64,000 bases of DNA from Laetmonice hystrix (lineage: Eukaryota), in the NCBI GenBank assembly GCA_965235115.1, contig OZ249437.1, forward strand, positions 23,126,001 to 23,190,000, in the 5' to 3' direction. Shown piece after piece: positions 1-14,424 of this stretch. A program made the position numbers and the translations under genes. A model generated the notes under the pieces. That model made no database searches. It saw nothing but the letters and a program-made list of their open reading frames with translations, and had not been told where the DNA came from. How positions within the stretch are numbered: position 1 is the stretch's first letter; every line of letters begins with the position of its first letter.

Positions 1-741
1 TAGTACTTGGACCTAGTCTCTAGGATCAGTTCCCCCGTTTTAGGTACTCTCAATTTTTAGTTACTCTCACTCTCAGCTCGATACAAGTGACAGTTAAAAA
101 AGTGTGTGGCCCCAGAACCTGATTCCTCCGTGATCATCTCAGGTGCACTCGGTCACTGGAATAGCTCACAATATACCGAGTATTTTGACCCAAGCTTCTG
201 ATTCGCGATTCTCTGTGGCAGTCTAAGCATAAATCAAGTATTACTTGAAAACTATCGTGATATGTATCGTATCGTTTGTTGTATCGTATCGTGGCACGAG
301 TGTATCGTTTCAGCCCTACTAAATCCCATGAAAGAAAGGATCACCTAACTTTTTGTCACAAATTTCGTGCCCCCCAAAAAATTCGTGGACAAGTTAATTA
401 CCACGGGGATCTAAATGGGCAGTAAATTTGAAATCTTCAGATGTAATTTACAATCCTAACTACAGCTGACCACAACTTCATCTCGACCACAAATCACAGA
501 CATTACCATGGGGATGACCTTTATACCTGACCTACTTAACCTGGTCACATGATCCAGATCTAGCAGGAATAAACTGGGTCAGATCCCACGGCAGGTTGGC
601 CCACCTTGGTGGCGGTACCTGGATCCTCTCACCTGACACAGATTTAATCAGGTTGACAGACGCTGCAGTCTGTCCGACTCCCGAGTCCACATAATATACA
701 GGTATGTCGGCGTACCATGTTATACTCATCAATCATCACGA

Positions 742-2077
742 TACACCTTCCCCCTGGCCAGGTACACCTCGCCAGGTACACCTTCCCCCTGGCCAGGTAC
801 ACCTCCCTGTCCAGGTACACCTCCCTGTCCAGGTACACCTCCCCCCTGGCCAGGTACACCTCCCTGTCCAGGTACACCTCCCCCCCGGCCAGGTACACCT
901 CCCTGTCCAGGTACACCTCCCCCCCCGGCCAGGTACACCTCCCCCCTGGCCAGGTACACCTCCCCCTGGCCAGGTACCCCCCCCTGGCCAAGTACACCTC
1001 CCCCTGGCCAGGTACACCTCCCCCCTGGCCAGGTACACCTCCCTGTCCAGGTACACCTCCCTGTCCAGGTACACCTCCCCCCTGGCCAGGTACACCTCCC
1101 TGTCCAGGTACACCTCCCCCCCGGCCAGGTACACCTCCCCCCTGGCCAGGTACACCTCCCCCTGGCCAGGTACCCCCCCTGGCCAAGTACACCTCCCCCT
1201 GGCCAGGTAAACCTTCCCCCTGGCCAGGTACACCTTCCCCCTGGCCAGGTACACCTCCCCCTGGCCAGGTACACCTCTTCCTGGCCAGGTACACCTCCCC
1301 CTGGCCAGGTACACCTCCCCCTGGCCAGGTACACCTCTTCCTGGCCAGGTACACCTCCCCCCTGGCCAGGTACACCTCCCCCTGGCCAGGTACACCTCTC
1401 CCTGGCCAGGTACACCTCCCCCTCGCCCGGGCAGGTACACCTTCCCCCTGGCCAGGTACACCTCCCCCTGGCCAGGTACACCTCCCCCTGGCCAGGTACA
1501 CCTCTCCCTGGCCAGGTACACCTCCCCCTGGCCAGGTACACCTCCCCCTGGCCAGGTACACCTCCCCCCTGGTCAGGTACACCTTCCCCCTGACCAGGTA
1601 CCCCCCTGGCCAGGTACACCTCCCCCTGGCCAGGTACACCTCTCCCTGGCCAGGTACACCTTCCCCTGGCCAGGTACCCCGCCCCTGGCCAGGTACGCCT
1701 CCCCCTGGCCAGGTACACCTTCCCCCTGACCAGGTACCCTCCCCCTCGCCCGGCCAGGTACACCTCCCCCTGGCCAGGTACACCTTCCCCCTGGCCAGGT
1801 ACACCTCCCCCTGGCCAGGTACACCTTCCCCCTGTCCAGGTACACCTCCCCCTGGCCAGGTACCCCCCCCCCTGGCCAGGTACACCTTCCCCCTGGCCAG
1901 GTACACCTCTCCCTGGCCAGGTACACCTCCCCCTGGCCAGGTACACCTTCCCCCTGACCAGGTACCCCCCTGGCCAGGTACACCTTCCCCCTCGCCAGGT
2001 ACAACTCCCCCTGGCCAGGTACCCCCCTGGCCAGGTACACCTTCCCCCTGACCAGGTACCCTCCCCCTGGCCAGGTA
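742..2077. repeat. Minisatellite, about 20-bp unit CCAGGTACACCTCCCCCTGG
   Basis: Dozens of variant units; source of the six-frame ORFs here. Confidence 0.97.
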
Positions 2078-2582
2078 AGCTACCAATCGTCAATGACATT
2101 CATCTGGTTGTGTTTTACTTGGCTCATTTTGTTTTTACTGACTGACATACATCTGTAACCGAGGCCGTGGAAGATCCTACAGAAGTCACTCAAAAAGTTC
2201 GTATGTTATCTTCACAAGGTCGGCCTTGGGTCTGGGTGAATCAAAGTGTGTTCTGTCAGGAACTGCCACGATTAAAACTAGTGCTTTTCCTTGCCTCCTT
2301 ACGTGACATGGGGCGAAAACGTACAAGATTGTCGTTGGAATGTCGCTGGATCGTCGTTGGAATGCGAACGACAGTATGCGTCCATTCCTGAGGGACAGAC
2401 TCACACGGCCGCCTGCAGGGAGAGAGAAGGCGGGTGGGGTGATGGCCTTATCCCGGGCTCAAAGAAAACCCCCACCAGGAAATGGGATTCCCGCTTTTTT
2501 TATGGATCTATCAGCATTCTGGCGGCGCGCTGCTGAAATCTAAACTGTGGTGAAGGTGAACGGAGCATCATTATATACCATC

Positions 2583-3654
2583 CATCTGCCCACAGTGTGT
2601 GTCTACAAACCGCCAGACACAGACTTGTCATCTGCCCACAGTATGTGTCTACAGCCCACAGTGTGTGTCTACAAACGGCCAGACACAGACTTGTCATCTG
2701 CCCACAGTGTGTGTCTACAAACCGCCAGACACAGACTTGTCATCTGCCCACAGTGTGTGTCTACAAACCGCCAGACACAGACTTGTCATCTGCCCACAGT
2801 GTGTGTCTACAAACCGCCAGACACAGACTTGTCATCTGCCCACAGTGTGTGTCTACAAACCGCCAGACACAGGCTTGTCATCTGCCCACAGTGTGTGTCT
2901 ACAAACCGCCAGACACAGACTTGTCATCTGCCCACAGTGTGTGTCTACAAACCGCCAGACACAGACTTGTCATCTGCCCACAGTGTGTGTCTACAAACCG
3001 CCAGACACAGACTTGTCATCTGCCCACAGTGTGTGTCTACAAACCGCCAGACACAGACTTGTCATCTGACCACAGTATGTGTCTACAAACCGCCAGACAC
3101 AGACTTGTCATCTGCCCACAGTATGTGTCTACAAACCGCCAGACACAGACTTGTCATCTGCCCACAGTGTGTGTCTACAAACCGCCACACACAGACTTGT
3201 CATCTGCCCACAGTGTGTGTCTACAAACTGCCAGGCACAGACTTGTCATCTGCCCACAGTCTACAAACCGCCAGACACAGACTTGTCATCTGCCCACAGT
3301 GTGTGTCTACAAACTGCCAGACACAGACTTGTCATCTGCCCACAGTGTGTGTCTACAAACCGCCAGACACAGACTTGTCATCTGCCCACAGTGTGTGTCT
3401 ACAAACCGCCAGACACAGACTTGTCATCTGCCCACAGTATGTGTCTACAAACCGCCAGACACAGACTTGTCATCTGCCCACAGTGTGTGTCTACAAACCG
3501 CCAGACACAGACTTGTCATCTGCCCACAGTGTGTGTCTACAAACCGCCAGACACAGACTTGTCATCTGCCCACAGTATGTGTCTACAAACCGCCAGACAC
3601 AGACTTGTCATCTGACCACAGTGTGTGTCTACAAACTGCCAGACACAGACTTGT
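2583..3654. repeat. Minisatellite, 46-bp unit, about 23 copies
   Basis: CTGCCCACAGTGTGTGTCTACAAACCGCCAGACACAGACTTGTCAT; period measured 2701 to 2747. Confidence 0.97.
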
Positions 3655-3697
3655 CTGTCTCCCGATACCCACCGGTCATCACCCCACGGTAATGTGA

Positions 3698-3884
3698 GGG
3701 TTAGGGGCAGGAGGTTAGTTGTTAGGGCAGGGGGTTAGGGGGCAGTGGTTAGGGGCAGAGCAGGGGGTTAGGGGGCAGTGGTTAGAGGCAGAGCAGGGGG
3801 TAGTGGTTATGGGGCAGTGGTTAGGGGCAGTGGTTAGGGGTTAGTGGTTAGGGGCAGTGGTTAAGGTAGGGGCAGGGGGCAGGG
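3698..3884. repeat. G-rich degenerate repeat containing TTAGGG (GGTTAGGGGCAGT)n
   Basis: Visible directly in the sequence. Confidence 0.85.
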
Positions 3885-4792
3885 ATGAGGATGAGATTTG
3901 TTTGAGGTTTGGGTCAGTATTAGTATTTTAGAAGTATATTTCTTTCGAAAAGGATTCCGTGTAAGCCCTGGTTTCCCCCTACCATGGTTTTGATTTTTGA
4001 TTCATCTTTGAGCTCGTATAGGAATGACTAAATGGGGTCATTTTAAGGGGGTCATTTTAAGTTGACAGGTTGATCTGTTATAACGTGTTTAATTCTCCAG
4101 CACAGAGACTTGATGCTCAGTCTGTAGTAATCTCCAAGCAGAGGTACACCCGCTTCCGCTCTCTGCATGGGAGTGTGACTGTAGACTGATATTGGACGCC
4201 AATGATGTGGTTCTCAATGATTATAATATGGATCTCCACTCGGGTGAGGTATTCCATCGTAACGACTAAAAGCTCCATCAGAAACCTAAACCTATAGGTC
4301 ATCCTCGTCCATGAATTCCTCAAGTTCCACGGACGGTTGCAGGATTGAGATCCTTGGAGCACTGATGACCTTGTCTGGCAGGAGCACCTGCTCCAGCGTT
4401 CCTGGGGGTGGGTGAGGTGGGGGTGGAGCTGGGGGCACGGGGCGGACATTGACTGTGCGGACATACAGCCAGGCACACAGGGGTATAGCTAGGGGGTATA
4501 CTCTAGGCTTGCCTGCTTTATACCAAAGGGTACAGACTGATCTAGCCTATAGAATAAACCGAGTATATTCTGTGCTAGCCAAGGTTACCCAAGGTCTGGG
4601 GGGATTTAATCTGGGCTGTTACACCGGGCCGGGGCCTGGGGGAGCGGGGGCGGTGGGGGGAGCGGGGGGAGCGGGGGCGGGGGGGGGGGGCAGGGGTGGA
4701 CCCTTATTCAATCATTACCCACGTGCACCCACCTCAATCCAATTCCAAGTCCATTACAGCTGGTCTCGATGAGACAGGTTCCATCTGGGCAT

Positions 4793-5440
4793 GCCAATAG
4801 TGACCACTGCCCACTTCCCTTGCTGCCCGACCGTCTCTCATCTTCTCCCTCCCCCTCCTCCTTACGGCTGCCACAGACAGTCTCCTTCTCCTGCCCTCCG
4901 TATCATCCCTGACAGCCAATAGTGACCACTGCCCACTTCCCTTGCCGCCCGACCGTCTCTCATCCTCTCCCTCCCCCCTCCTCCTCCTTACGGCTGCCAC
5001 AGACAGTCTCCTTCTCCTGCCCTCCGTATCATCCCTGACAGCCAATAGTGACCACTGCCCACTTCCCTTGCCGCCCGACCGTCTCTCATCCTCTCCCTCC
5101 CCCCTCCTCCTCCTTACGGCTGCCACAGACAGTCTCCTTCTCCTGCCCTCCGTATCATCCCTGACAGCCAATAGTGACCACTGCCCACTTCCCTTGCTGC
5201 CCGACCGTCTCTCATCCTCTCCCTCCCTCCTCCTTACGGCTGCCACAGACAGTCTCTCCCTCCCCCTCCTCCTTACGGCTGCCACAGACAGTCTCCTTCT
5301 CCTGCCCTCCGTATCATCCCTGACAGCCAATAGTGACCACTGCCCACTTCCCTTGCTGCCCGACCGTCTCTCATCCTCTCCCTCCTCCTCCTTACGGCTG
5401 TCTCCTTCTCCTGCCCTCCATATTATCCCTGACAGCCGCC
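4793..5440. repeat. Tandem repeat, about 122-159-bp unit, about 5 copies, CT-rich
   Basis: GCCAAT anchors at 4793, 4915, 5041, 5167, 5326. Confidence 0.92.
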
Positions 5441-6103
5441 TCATCCTGACCACCTTTCCTGCCGTGATTCCTCGTGCAGAAGACAATTCGCCAGAGGAAC
5501 TGACTTGGCATGTAGAGAATCGTTCGGACAGAAACGTTCTGTACTGCATGATGACGATATCATAATGAGGGCAAGAATCACAAACAAATTGAATGACTTA
5601 ATCCGACGGTTTGGCAGCTTTGTGACAGTGTCAGAAATGCCGCTTCTGTTGAATAGATTTATGTAAATTGGGGGGGGGGGGGGGTTCTTAAACCATTAAA
5701 TAAGGTTTCTATTATAATCTAGTGTGGTTTCCATTCAAGGTCCAATGAATATGTAGGACTAGGCCAGGGCGTTGATTTACCAGTACGGTATATGAAAGTC
5801 GTGGGTTGAGTCAGTCAGTCGCTCTCAGACCCGCATCAATAGTTCCAGTCCACCGTAATCCTGTCACACTCACAGCTGCTTCAGGGAAAAAAGTGCCGAG
5901 TCAGCAGGAGCCCCCCCCCCCGCCACCCCCTGCTACCCCCACCCCCACCCCCGAGTCTGACAACCATCTCCGACCACCCATCGACTCATCTACCCGACTC
6001 CTCCGACACCGCCCTCGTTTTATAATCACCACCTTTATTTATATCAATAAAGATCATTTCTGAAATTCATTTTATTTTTTTCTTTTAATTTCCAATGGAC
6101 TGG

Positions 6104-6712
6104 ACATGACAGAATATCTGACAGGCTAAACAAATAAACAAGTTGATGCTGAGTAAGATGGGAAACATGACAGAATATCTGACAGGCCAAACAAATGAAC
6201 AAGTTGATGCTAAGTATGATGGGAAACATGACAGAATATCTGACAGGCGAAACAAATGAACAAGTTGATGCTGAGTAAGATGGGAAACATGACAGAATAT
6301 CTGACAGGCCAAACAAATGAACAAGTTGATGCTAAGTAAGATGGGAAACATGACAGAATATCTGGCAGACTAAACAAATGAACAAGTTGATGCTGAGTCA
6401 GATGGGAAACATGACAGAATATCTGACAGGCCAAACAAATGAACAAGTTGATGCTGAGTAAGATGGGAAAGATGACAGAATATCTGACAGGCCAAACAAA
6501 TGAACAAGTTGATGCTGAGTCAGATGAGAAACATGACAGAATATCTGACAGTCCAAACAAATGAACAAGTTGATGCTGAGTAAGATGGGAAACATGACAG
6601 AATATCTGACAGGCCAAACAAATGAACAAGTTGATGCTGAGTCAGATGGGAAACATGACATAATATCTGACAGGCCAAACAAATGAACAAGTTGATGCTG
6701 AGTCAGATGGGA
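6104..6712. repeat. Minisatellite, 61-bp unit, about 10 copies
   Basis: ACATGACAG anchors at 6104, 6165, 6226. Confidence 0.95.
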
Positions 6713-7393
6713 CAGAACAACGCAGTTGGGTAACCTTCTCTCTGTATCTGCCCTGAACCACATAGATAACCTCTCTCATTGATATCTGATCTCTGGCCTA
6801 CAAACCTTGTCTCTCTCACGCCCCGTCATTTCTAACCGACCTTCACCTATAACACAACAGATAACCAACCCTGCTTCATGTTTGAACCATCTCTATGTTA
6901 TATCCACACCATCTCAAAGTTGAATGACACCAATTTCGTTTCGTATACATTGACTGGGGAAATTTTTACTCCGCCATGGTGACGTCACAGATATCATACA
7001 GATAGATGTCTACCTGTCCTTGACCCAGATCTTGACTGCGATATCGGCCAGCACCCGGGTATAAATCACCCCCACCTCCTCATCACCCCTCACCGGTGAT
7101 AACTCGGCTCAAGGTGTCAATTAGTATGTGATTATAATCTCAACCACGAGCACCATACGCTCACACGTGTACAACATGACATGACATAACATGACATGAC
7201 TGACAACAAACGTTATCAACTTCAAACGGTTCATCTCCGGCGGGTTGGTGAGGAGGCCAGGTATACGGCGGGAGGCGGGAGTGGCGGAGGCGGGGAGGTG
7301 TCAGTCTCCGTACGTTTGTCACTATCAGATCCCCCCCCCCCCCCGACCGTGTCGCCATGACGCCAACCCCCTGAATCCGACTATTTCATTAAT

Positions 7394-8087
7394 CATTATC
7401 ACCTCCGTAGTTAGGAATACTGTTTGTCTACCTGGTAACTCCGCTATATGACACCTCTATATCATGTACCATCTCTATCTCGGTACAGACAGAATATCAT
7501 GTACATTATCACCGCCGTAGTTAGGAATACTGTTTCTCTACCTGGTAACTCCGCTATATGACATACCCGCACCTCTATATCATGTACCATCTCTATCTCG
7601 GTACAGACAGAATATCATGTACATTATCACCGCCGTAGTTAGGAATACTGTTTCTCTACCTGGTAACTCCGCTATATGACATACCCGCACCTCTATATCA
7701 TGTACCATCTCTATCTCGGTACAGACAGAATATCATGTACATTATCACCGCCGTAGTTAGGAATACTGTTTCTCTACCTGCTAACTCCGCTATATGACAT
7801 ACCCGCACCTCTATATCATGTACCATCTCTATCTCGGTACAGACAGAATATCATGTACATTATCACCGCCGTAGTTAGGAATACTGTTTCTCTACCTGGT
7901 AACTCCGCTATATGACATACCCGCACCTCTATATCATGTACCATCTCTGTCTCGGTACAGACAGAATATCATGTACATTATCACCTCCGTAGTTAGGAAT
8001 ACTGTTTCTCTACCTGCTAACTCCGCTATATGACATACCCGCACCTCTATATCATGTACCATCTCTGTCTCGGTACAGACAGAATAT
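7394..8087. repeat. Tandem repeat, 118-bp unit, about 6 copies
   Basis: CCGTAG anchors at 7515, 7633, 7751. Confidence 0.95.
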
Positions 8088-8544
8088 GCTTCAAATAAAA
8101 CTGGAGATGTGGAATATGGAATAAAAATGGGAAAATAAAATTATGAACTGGATTAAGACAAGTCTGCATCACGGGGAAGCCTACACTGAAGCCAGATCTT
8201 TTTGAACTTTTATATAGGGAACCTGTAGCCTCTCTATAACGTACCCCTTGACATAAAACAAACTCACACCACATATCCTATGTCACATGCTCCCAGGTCT
8301 AATTGTTTTTCCAGTTGGTTATAAAAGCCGTGTGATAGACTTGTTTGGACTGGAGTTTATTGTACCTTAATGAAGATGAATCACCACTCGATATGATAAT
8401 TACCTACATGTCAATCTGACTACATTCCTGGACGCGGAGAGATATAACCAGGATGTCTGATTATTGAAATTTTGTGACTTTAATTAACTCATATCAAAAT
8501 AAACATTTCTTCCTAATGCGTCCAAGATTTCTGACAACATGTGA

Positions 8545-8720
8545 TCCGATCTTAGATTGCAATATACACATGAACTGTGGCGGCGTGTTCACGCCCTGTC
8601 TGACAGCTCCTCCCGGGGTGTCACTGCACACATGTTGTTTGATTTCCACAAGGCCTTTGATGCCGGACAAGTGATTGACGAGAAACCTGTCAACACAATC
8701 CTACAAAAAGACCAGTGGAT
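8545..8720 (+). pseudogene. Possible decayed LINE reverse transcriptase fragment (..THELWRRVHALSDSSSRGVTAHMLFDFHKAFD..)
   Basis: FDFxKAFD resembles the LINE RT DFxKAFD motif; bounded by stops; downstream RT motifs not recognisable. Confidence 0.3.
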
Positions 8721-9103
8721 ACTTTAGATGAAGAATTAAGTCTTTATGTTCTTAAATAGACCCTGTAATACGACCCCCAGGCTTCAAGTCCTCAGAAAGT
8801 CAGCAACATGGTATTTCTGGGTTTGGGGCTAACCTAAAGTGACACAGGAGCTCAGGGTGCTGAAACCAAGCATATATTCAGGTTTGAAGCGAGCAATGTG
8901 CCCGGCTAGAATCCACCTTTAGATGAGGACCACATGTAGGTCGTCAGCTACTCAAACTCTATCTAAACATTTCACCACAGGCGGTAGGCAGACCTGGGAC
9001 ACCTCGAGACCCAGCCCTGAAATATCCTCTCATAAATCGGCATGGACATAATGTATCTTTAACTGTCTTTTTCTGAATAACAATGATTGACTTTTAGTAT
9101 TTT

Positions 9104-9381
9104 CACAATTGGTTGTTTCATGGCACTGTGTACCGTCCACAATTGGTTGTTTCATGGCACTGTGTACCATCCACAATTGGTTGTTTCATGGCACTGTGTA
9201 CCATCCACAATTGGTTGTTTCATGGCACTGTGTACCGTCCACAATTGGTTGTTTCATGGCACTGTGTACCATCCACAATTGGTTGTTTCATGGCACTGTG
9301 TACCGTCCACAATTGGTTGTTTCATGGCACTGTGTACCATCCACAATTGGTTGTTTCATGGCGCTGTGTACCATCCACAAT
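9104..9381. repeat. Minisatellite, 34-bp unit, about 8 copies
   Basis: CACAATTGGTTGTTTCATGGCACTGTGTACCATC. Confidence 0.95.
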
Positions 9382-10150
9382 TATTATTATTATATGACTG
9401 GAATATTTCTATTGAGGAACACACACCCGGAACGCGCCAGCTCTGCCAACACCGGGATTAGTGTCACATTTTGCCCCCAGGTGGCTGCCCGATTGATCAG
9501 CGTCCGATTCCATGTTCTCATCATTGAGTCGTCTTTATATAACACTCCGAGGGTATGTATGACATATATATATCTGAGGTACAGTCTTATTATACTTAAC
9601 GTAAACCGACCACCCATGTGTAGGTGGTGAATGAGTTAATCCTACCCCAGAAATCGGCGTCTATCAATGATAAATGTAGACAGGAGAGTTAACAACCCAA
9701 TAACGCACCCATCCTCCACCTCGACCTGCCGCCGTGTTACGCAGGGAGAGGGAGAGAGAGAGCAATCAATAGAAAATGCACCTTCATCTCCTTTACAAGT
9801 CTAATTAGATTTCGGCCTTGTCCAAGATGTGGACAAATTGGTGGCAGGGGAGAAAGGGTGCGGCGGGTTGGGTCTCAAGTACCGGCGTGGCATCGATCTA
9901 GTTGGTCTTGAGGTGTTTGGGAGTGGGTATGGACAGTTGGTCCAGAGGTAGGTACGCACTCTGCCATGGGCAGGGTGGGGCGGGGTGGGGTGGGGTGTGG
10001 CGGGGTCGGGTGGGGGTTGGGGCGGGCAAGGTGGGGGGTTGGGTGGCTGAGGTCATTGGACATAGAATGGTAGGATCACGATGGAATGGCGTCTATCAGT
10101 CAGTGTACTGGCACGATGGTTCACCTAGAATATCCCCTCGCTGAGACTGG

Positions 10151-10812
10151 GTAGTGGGGGTGGTCCTGGTACTGGATGGTAGTGGTCCTGGTACTGGATG
10201 GTGGCCCTGATATTGGATGGTGGTCCCCATACTGGTTGGTAGTGGTCCTGGTACTGGATGGTGGTCCTGGTATTGGATGGTGGTCCTGATATTGGATGGT
10301 GGTCCTGATATTGGATGGTGGTCCTGATATTGGATGGTGGTCCTGATACTGGTTGGTAGTGGTCCTGGTACTGGATGGTGGCCCTGATATTAGATGGTGG
10401 TCCCCATACTGGTTGGTAGTGGTCCTGGTACTGGATGGTGGTCCTGGTACTGGATGGTGGTCCTGATATTGGATGCTGGTCCTGATATTGGATGGTGGTC
10501 CTGATACTGGTTGGTAGTGGTCCTGGTACTGGATGGTGGTCCTGATACTGGTTAGTAGTGGTCCTGGTACTGGATGGTGGTACTGATACTGGTTGGTAGT
10601 GGTCCTGGTTTCTGGATGGTGGTCCTGATATAGGACTGGTCTTAAATCCGGTCCTAGGACCGTTAGTGCAACGAGCCCCTGGTCCTGGTGCAGCCAGTCC
10701 TGGTCCTGGTCCTGGTGCAGCCAGTCCTGGTCCTGGTGCAGCCAGTCCTGGTTCTGGTCCTGGTGCAGCCAGTTCTGGTTCTGGTCCTAGTCCTGGTGCT
10801 GCCACCAGCCCT
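10151..10812. repeat. Two adjacent minisatellites sharing the core GGTCCTGGT (10151-10631; 10678-10812)
   Basis: TGGTCCTG(G/A)TA(C/T)TGG(A/T)TGG variants, then CCTGGTCCTGGTGCAGCCAGT variants. Confidence 0.92.
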
Positions 10813-11602
10813 GCACAGGATTGACGCCACACCAGGACCGCCCGACTGATCATTTCCGTGCCGCTGGTCCTAGTCCATGCGACTGAACACTGACTAACAC
10901 ACCGCGTGCTCCTCTACTTAATCCAGACAAACAATTGGATATTACAAGTGGCATGGCCAGCCCGCAACAAGGCTGTTTGTGTGGCGCTAATCTGCTGGTG
11001 CATTACCACCAGAACAGCTGTAGTAGCCTTGAGGCACGGCTGGAGACAGACCGTGCTATATAGACAGTAGTAACCAGTCAATATCACTATTACAGCCCCA
11101 GTCGCAATGATACCCACTCTAGTATAATAACCCACCGGTTTTTACGGCTAAAGTACACGCATTCAATATCTTTGAATTATTTTGACCAGAGGGGAGAGCA
11201 ATAAACATGTCGAGGCAATAACACCGTGGGATGGAAGAACACTTCACTGCCCCGTAATACCCCCAGTCATGGGGTGATATCCCTTGGCTAGAGGGGTACG
11301 TAGGGCCAGCGAGGGGTTGATACTGTAAGGTGGCAACTGTTGAGTCAACATTATTTCATTCCCATACCACGGTAAAACAATGACGGCGCCTTTCAAGCAT
11401 GACCGACGACTACAATATCTACGTAATCACAACGCTGGAAATAACGGGTGGATTATTCACTGATAAAAAATACATTATTACAGCATAATGTAACTTATAT
11501 TGGCGCCAGTGTCACCATTTTCACTGTCAATATCTGTGCCGCCCACAACCCTTTGAAGAGGTCACCGAGGCATATCATGGCTCAGATAAAGGAGAGAAAC
11601 TC

Positions 11603-11749
11603 NNNNNNNNNNNNNNNNNNNNNNNNNNNNNNNNNNNNNNNNNNNNNNNNNNNNNNNNNNNNNNNNNNNNNNNNNNNNNNNNNNNNNNNNNNNNNNNNNN
11701 NNNNNNNNNNNNNNNNNNNNNNNNNNNNNNNNNNNNNNNNNNNNNNNNN
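11603..11749. other. Assembly gap (147 N)
   Basis: Run of N. Confidence 1.
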
Positions 11750-12514
11750 GATGGTCCATGGTCTCTTACATCAGGGGAGACCTGCTAGTTTGGACTGACT
11801 CCAGGAAGTCTGAGACCGGAGGTCATCCCCCCCCCCCCTCCCTTCCAGCGCTGCCGGCGGTCAGTGAGACTCCTCCATTGATTGCTCACGGAGATCTGAC
11901 CGTCCCAAGTATACAGCTCGGCCCACATCAAAGGCCTCCTGTTGGTATTGACTCTCAGTCTGTGTCACCCGACTCTCTTGTTTCTCTGGCTGAGCCGCTC
12001 AAGGCCGCTCTGTGATGATCAGGACTGAATGACTCTGTACGGAGGCTGTCACCAAGGATTGCCGGTAGTTTCCTTCATCCCCGTCACAGTACTACACAGT
12101 CGCAGGGTTTCCGCCAGAAAATAATTAATGGGGGGGACGGGGGGCCCTCCCCCAGAAATTTGTTTTTCATGAACTCCGGAGATGCGTTTTCCTGGCCTCT
12201 CAGAGCGAGAATAGCTTAAAAGAAACACTGCTCTGCAGATTTATGGGGGGGGGGGGGGATATCCCCCTCATGTCCCAATCATGGGGGGGATAAATCCCCC
12301 CCGTCCCCCCCCTCTGGCGGATGCCCCCACCTCGGCCAGGCGATCAGCTGTGATTTGTGGTAGGGAGAATTGTCAAAACATCCATTTCATGGAGAGAAAA
12401 ATAAAGAGGTAACGAGGAAATGGATGGATAAATGGATAGTGACCGAGAGAGACACAGAGAGACCGTGGACTAATTATTGAGTCGATTATCCGAATCGGCC
12501 TGCCGGTTTACTGG

Positions 12515-14012
12515 AAACCAGCACAGAGAGGGAGGTTTGCCCACATACTGTAGCTAAACCAGCACAGAGAGGGAGGTATGCCCACGTATACTGTAGCTAA
12601 ACCAGCACAGAGAGGGAGGTATGCCCACATACTGTAGCTAAACCAGCACAGAGAGGGAGGTATGCCCACATACTGTAGCTAAACCAGCACAGAGAGGGAG
12701 GTTTGCCCACATACTGTAGCTAAACCAGCACAGAGAGGGAGGTTTGCCCACATACTGTAGCTAAACCAGCACAGAGAGGGAGGTATGCTCACATACTGTA
12801 GCTAAACCAGCACAGAGAGGGAGGTATGCCCACATACTGTAGCTAAACCAGCACAGAGAGGGAGGTATGCCCACATACTGTAGCTAAACCAGCACAGAGA
12901 GGGAGGTATGCCCACATACTGTAGCTAAACCAGCACAGAGAGGGAGGTATGCCCACATACTGTAGCTAAACCAGCACAGAGAGGGAGGTATGCCCACATA
13001 CTGTAGCTAAACCAGCACAGAGAGGGAGGTATGCCCACATACTTTAGCTAAACAGAGAGGGAGGTTTGCCCACATACTGTAGCTAAACCAGCACAGAGAG
13101 GGAGGTTTGCCCACATACTGTAGCTAAACCAGCACAGAGAGGGAGGTATGCTCACATACTGTAGCTAAACCAGCACAGAAAGGGAGGTATGCCCACATAC
13201 TGTAGCTAAACCAGCACAGAGAGGGAGGTATGCCCACATACTGTAGCTAAACCAGCACAGAGAGGGAGGTATGCCCACATACTGTAGCTAAACCAGCACA
13301 GAGAGGGAGGTATGCCCACATACTGTAGCTAAACCAGCACAGAGAGGGAGGTATGCCCACATACTGTAGCTAAACCAGCACAGAGAGGGAGGTATGCCCA
13401 CATACTTTAGCTAAACCAGCACAGAGAGGGAGGTATGCCCACATACTGTAGCTAAACCAGCACAGAGAGGGGGTATGCCCACATACTGTAGCTAAACCAG
13501 CACAGAGAGGGAGGTATGCCCACATACTGTAGCTAAACCAGCACAGAGAGGGAGGTATGCCCACATACTGTAGCTAAACCAGCACAGAGAGGGAGGTTTG
13601 CCCACATACTGTAGCTAAACCAGCACAGAGAGGGAGGTATACCCACATACTTTAGCTAAACCAGCACAGAGAGGGAGGTATGCCCACATACTGTAGCTAA
13701 ACCAGCACAGAGAGGGAGGTATGCCCACATACTGTAGCTAAACCAGCACAGAGAGGGAGGTATGCCCACATACTGTAGCTAAACCAGCACAGAGAGGGAG
13801 GTTTGCCCACATACTGTAGCTAAACCAGCACAGAGAGGGAGGTTTGCCCACATACCAGCACTGAGAGGGAGGTATGCCCACATACTGTAGCTAAACCAGC
13901 ACAGAGAGGGAGGTATGCCCACATACTGTAGCTAAACCAGCACAGAGAGGGAGGTTTGCCCACATACTGTAGCTAATCCAGCACAGAGAGGGAGGTTTGT
14001 CCACATAGCTAA
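12515..14012. repeat. Minisatellite, 41-bp unit, about 36 copies
   Basis: AAACCAGCACAGAGAGGGAGGTATGCCCACATACTGTAGCT. Confidence 0.97.
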
Positions 14013-14236
14013 ATTTACACCTCATCCGTACTCACTTCAATACACAGGTACATAACTACTCAACGCTCCACTCGGTACCGGAAATCCACTGTCCTGGAAA
14101 CTGTTAGTCTACCACTGTACTGGAAACTGTTACTTTACCACTGTTCTGGAAACAGGCCTCTAAAGTCTACCACTGTTCTGAAACTGGCCTGTTTGTCTTG
14201 TCTCGGGATGCCTGGAAGGAGTGCTGCATTTTGCCC

Positions 14237-14424
14237 TGTGTTGAGCATCAGTTTCATAGTTTTTAATCCACTACGCACATTGATAGTGTATATGACGTTG
14301 TGTTGAGCATCAGTTTCATGGTTTTTAATCCACTACGCACATTGCTAGTGTATATGACGTTGTGTTGAGCATCAGTTTCATGGTTTTTAATCCACTACGC
14401 ACATTGCTAGTGTATATGACGTTG
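14237..14424. repeat. 62-bp unit x3
   Basis: TGTGTTGAG anchors at 14237, 14299, 14361. Confidence 0.9.

Noticed and set aside
644-2099. Long ORFs (up to 480 aa) in nearly all frames
   Set aside because: The 20-bp unit lacks stops on both strands and unit-length changes shift frame freely; repeat artefact.
9808-9880. Plus-strand AG|ATTTCGGCCTT (DFGL), and RDIKPE at about 15855
   Set aside because: Wrong strand relative to the kinase exon, wrong order relative to each other, and no supporting motifs.
12103-12328. MITE with CAGGGTTTCCGCCAGA terminus; similar partial ends at about 318, 41520, 45766 and 46668
   Set aside because: TIRs are degenerate or unpaired and no TSD was found; probably old transposon ends but not supportable.
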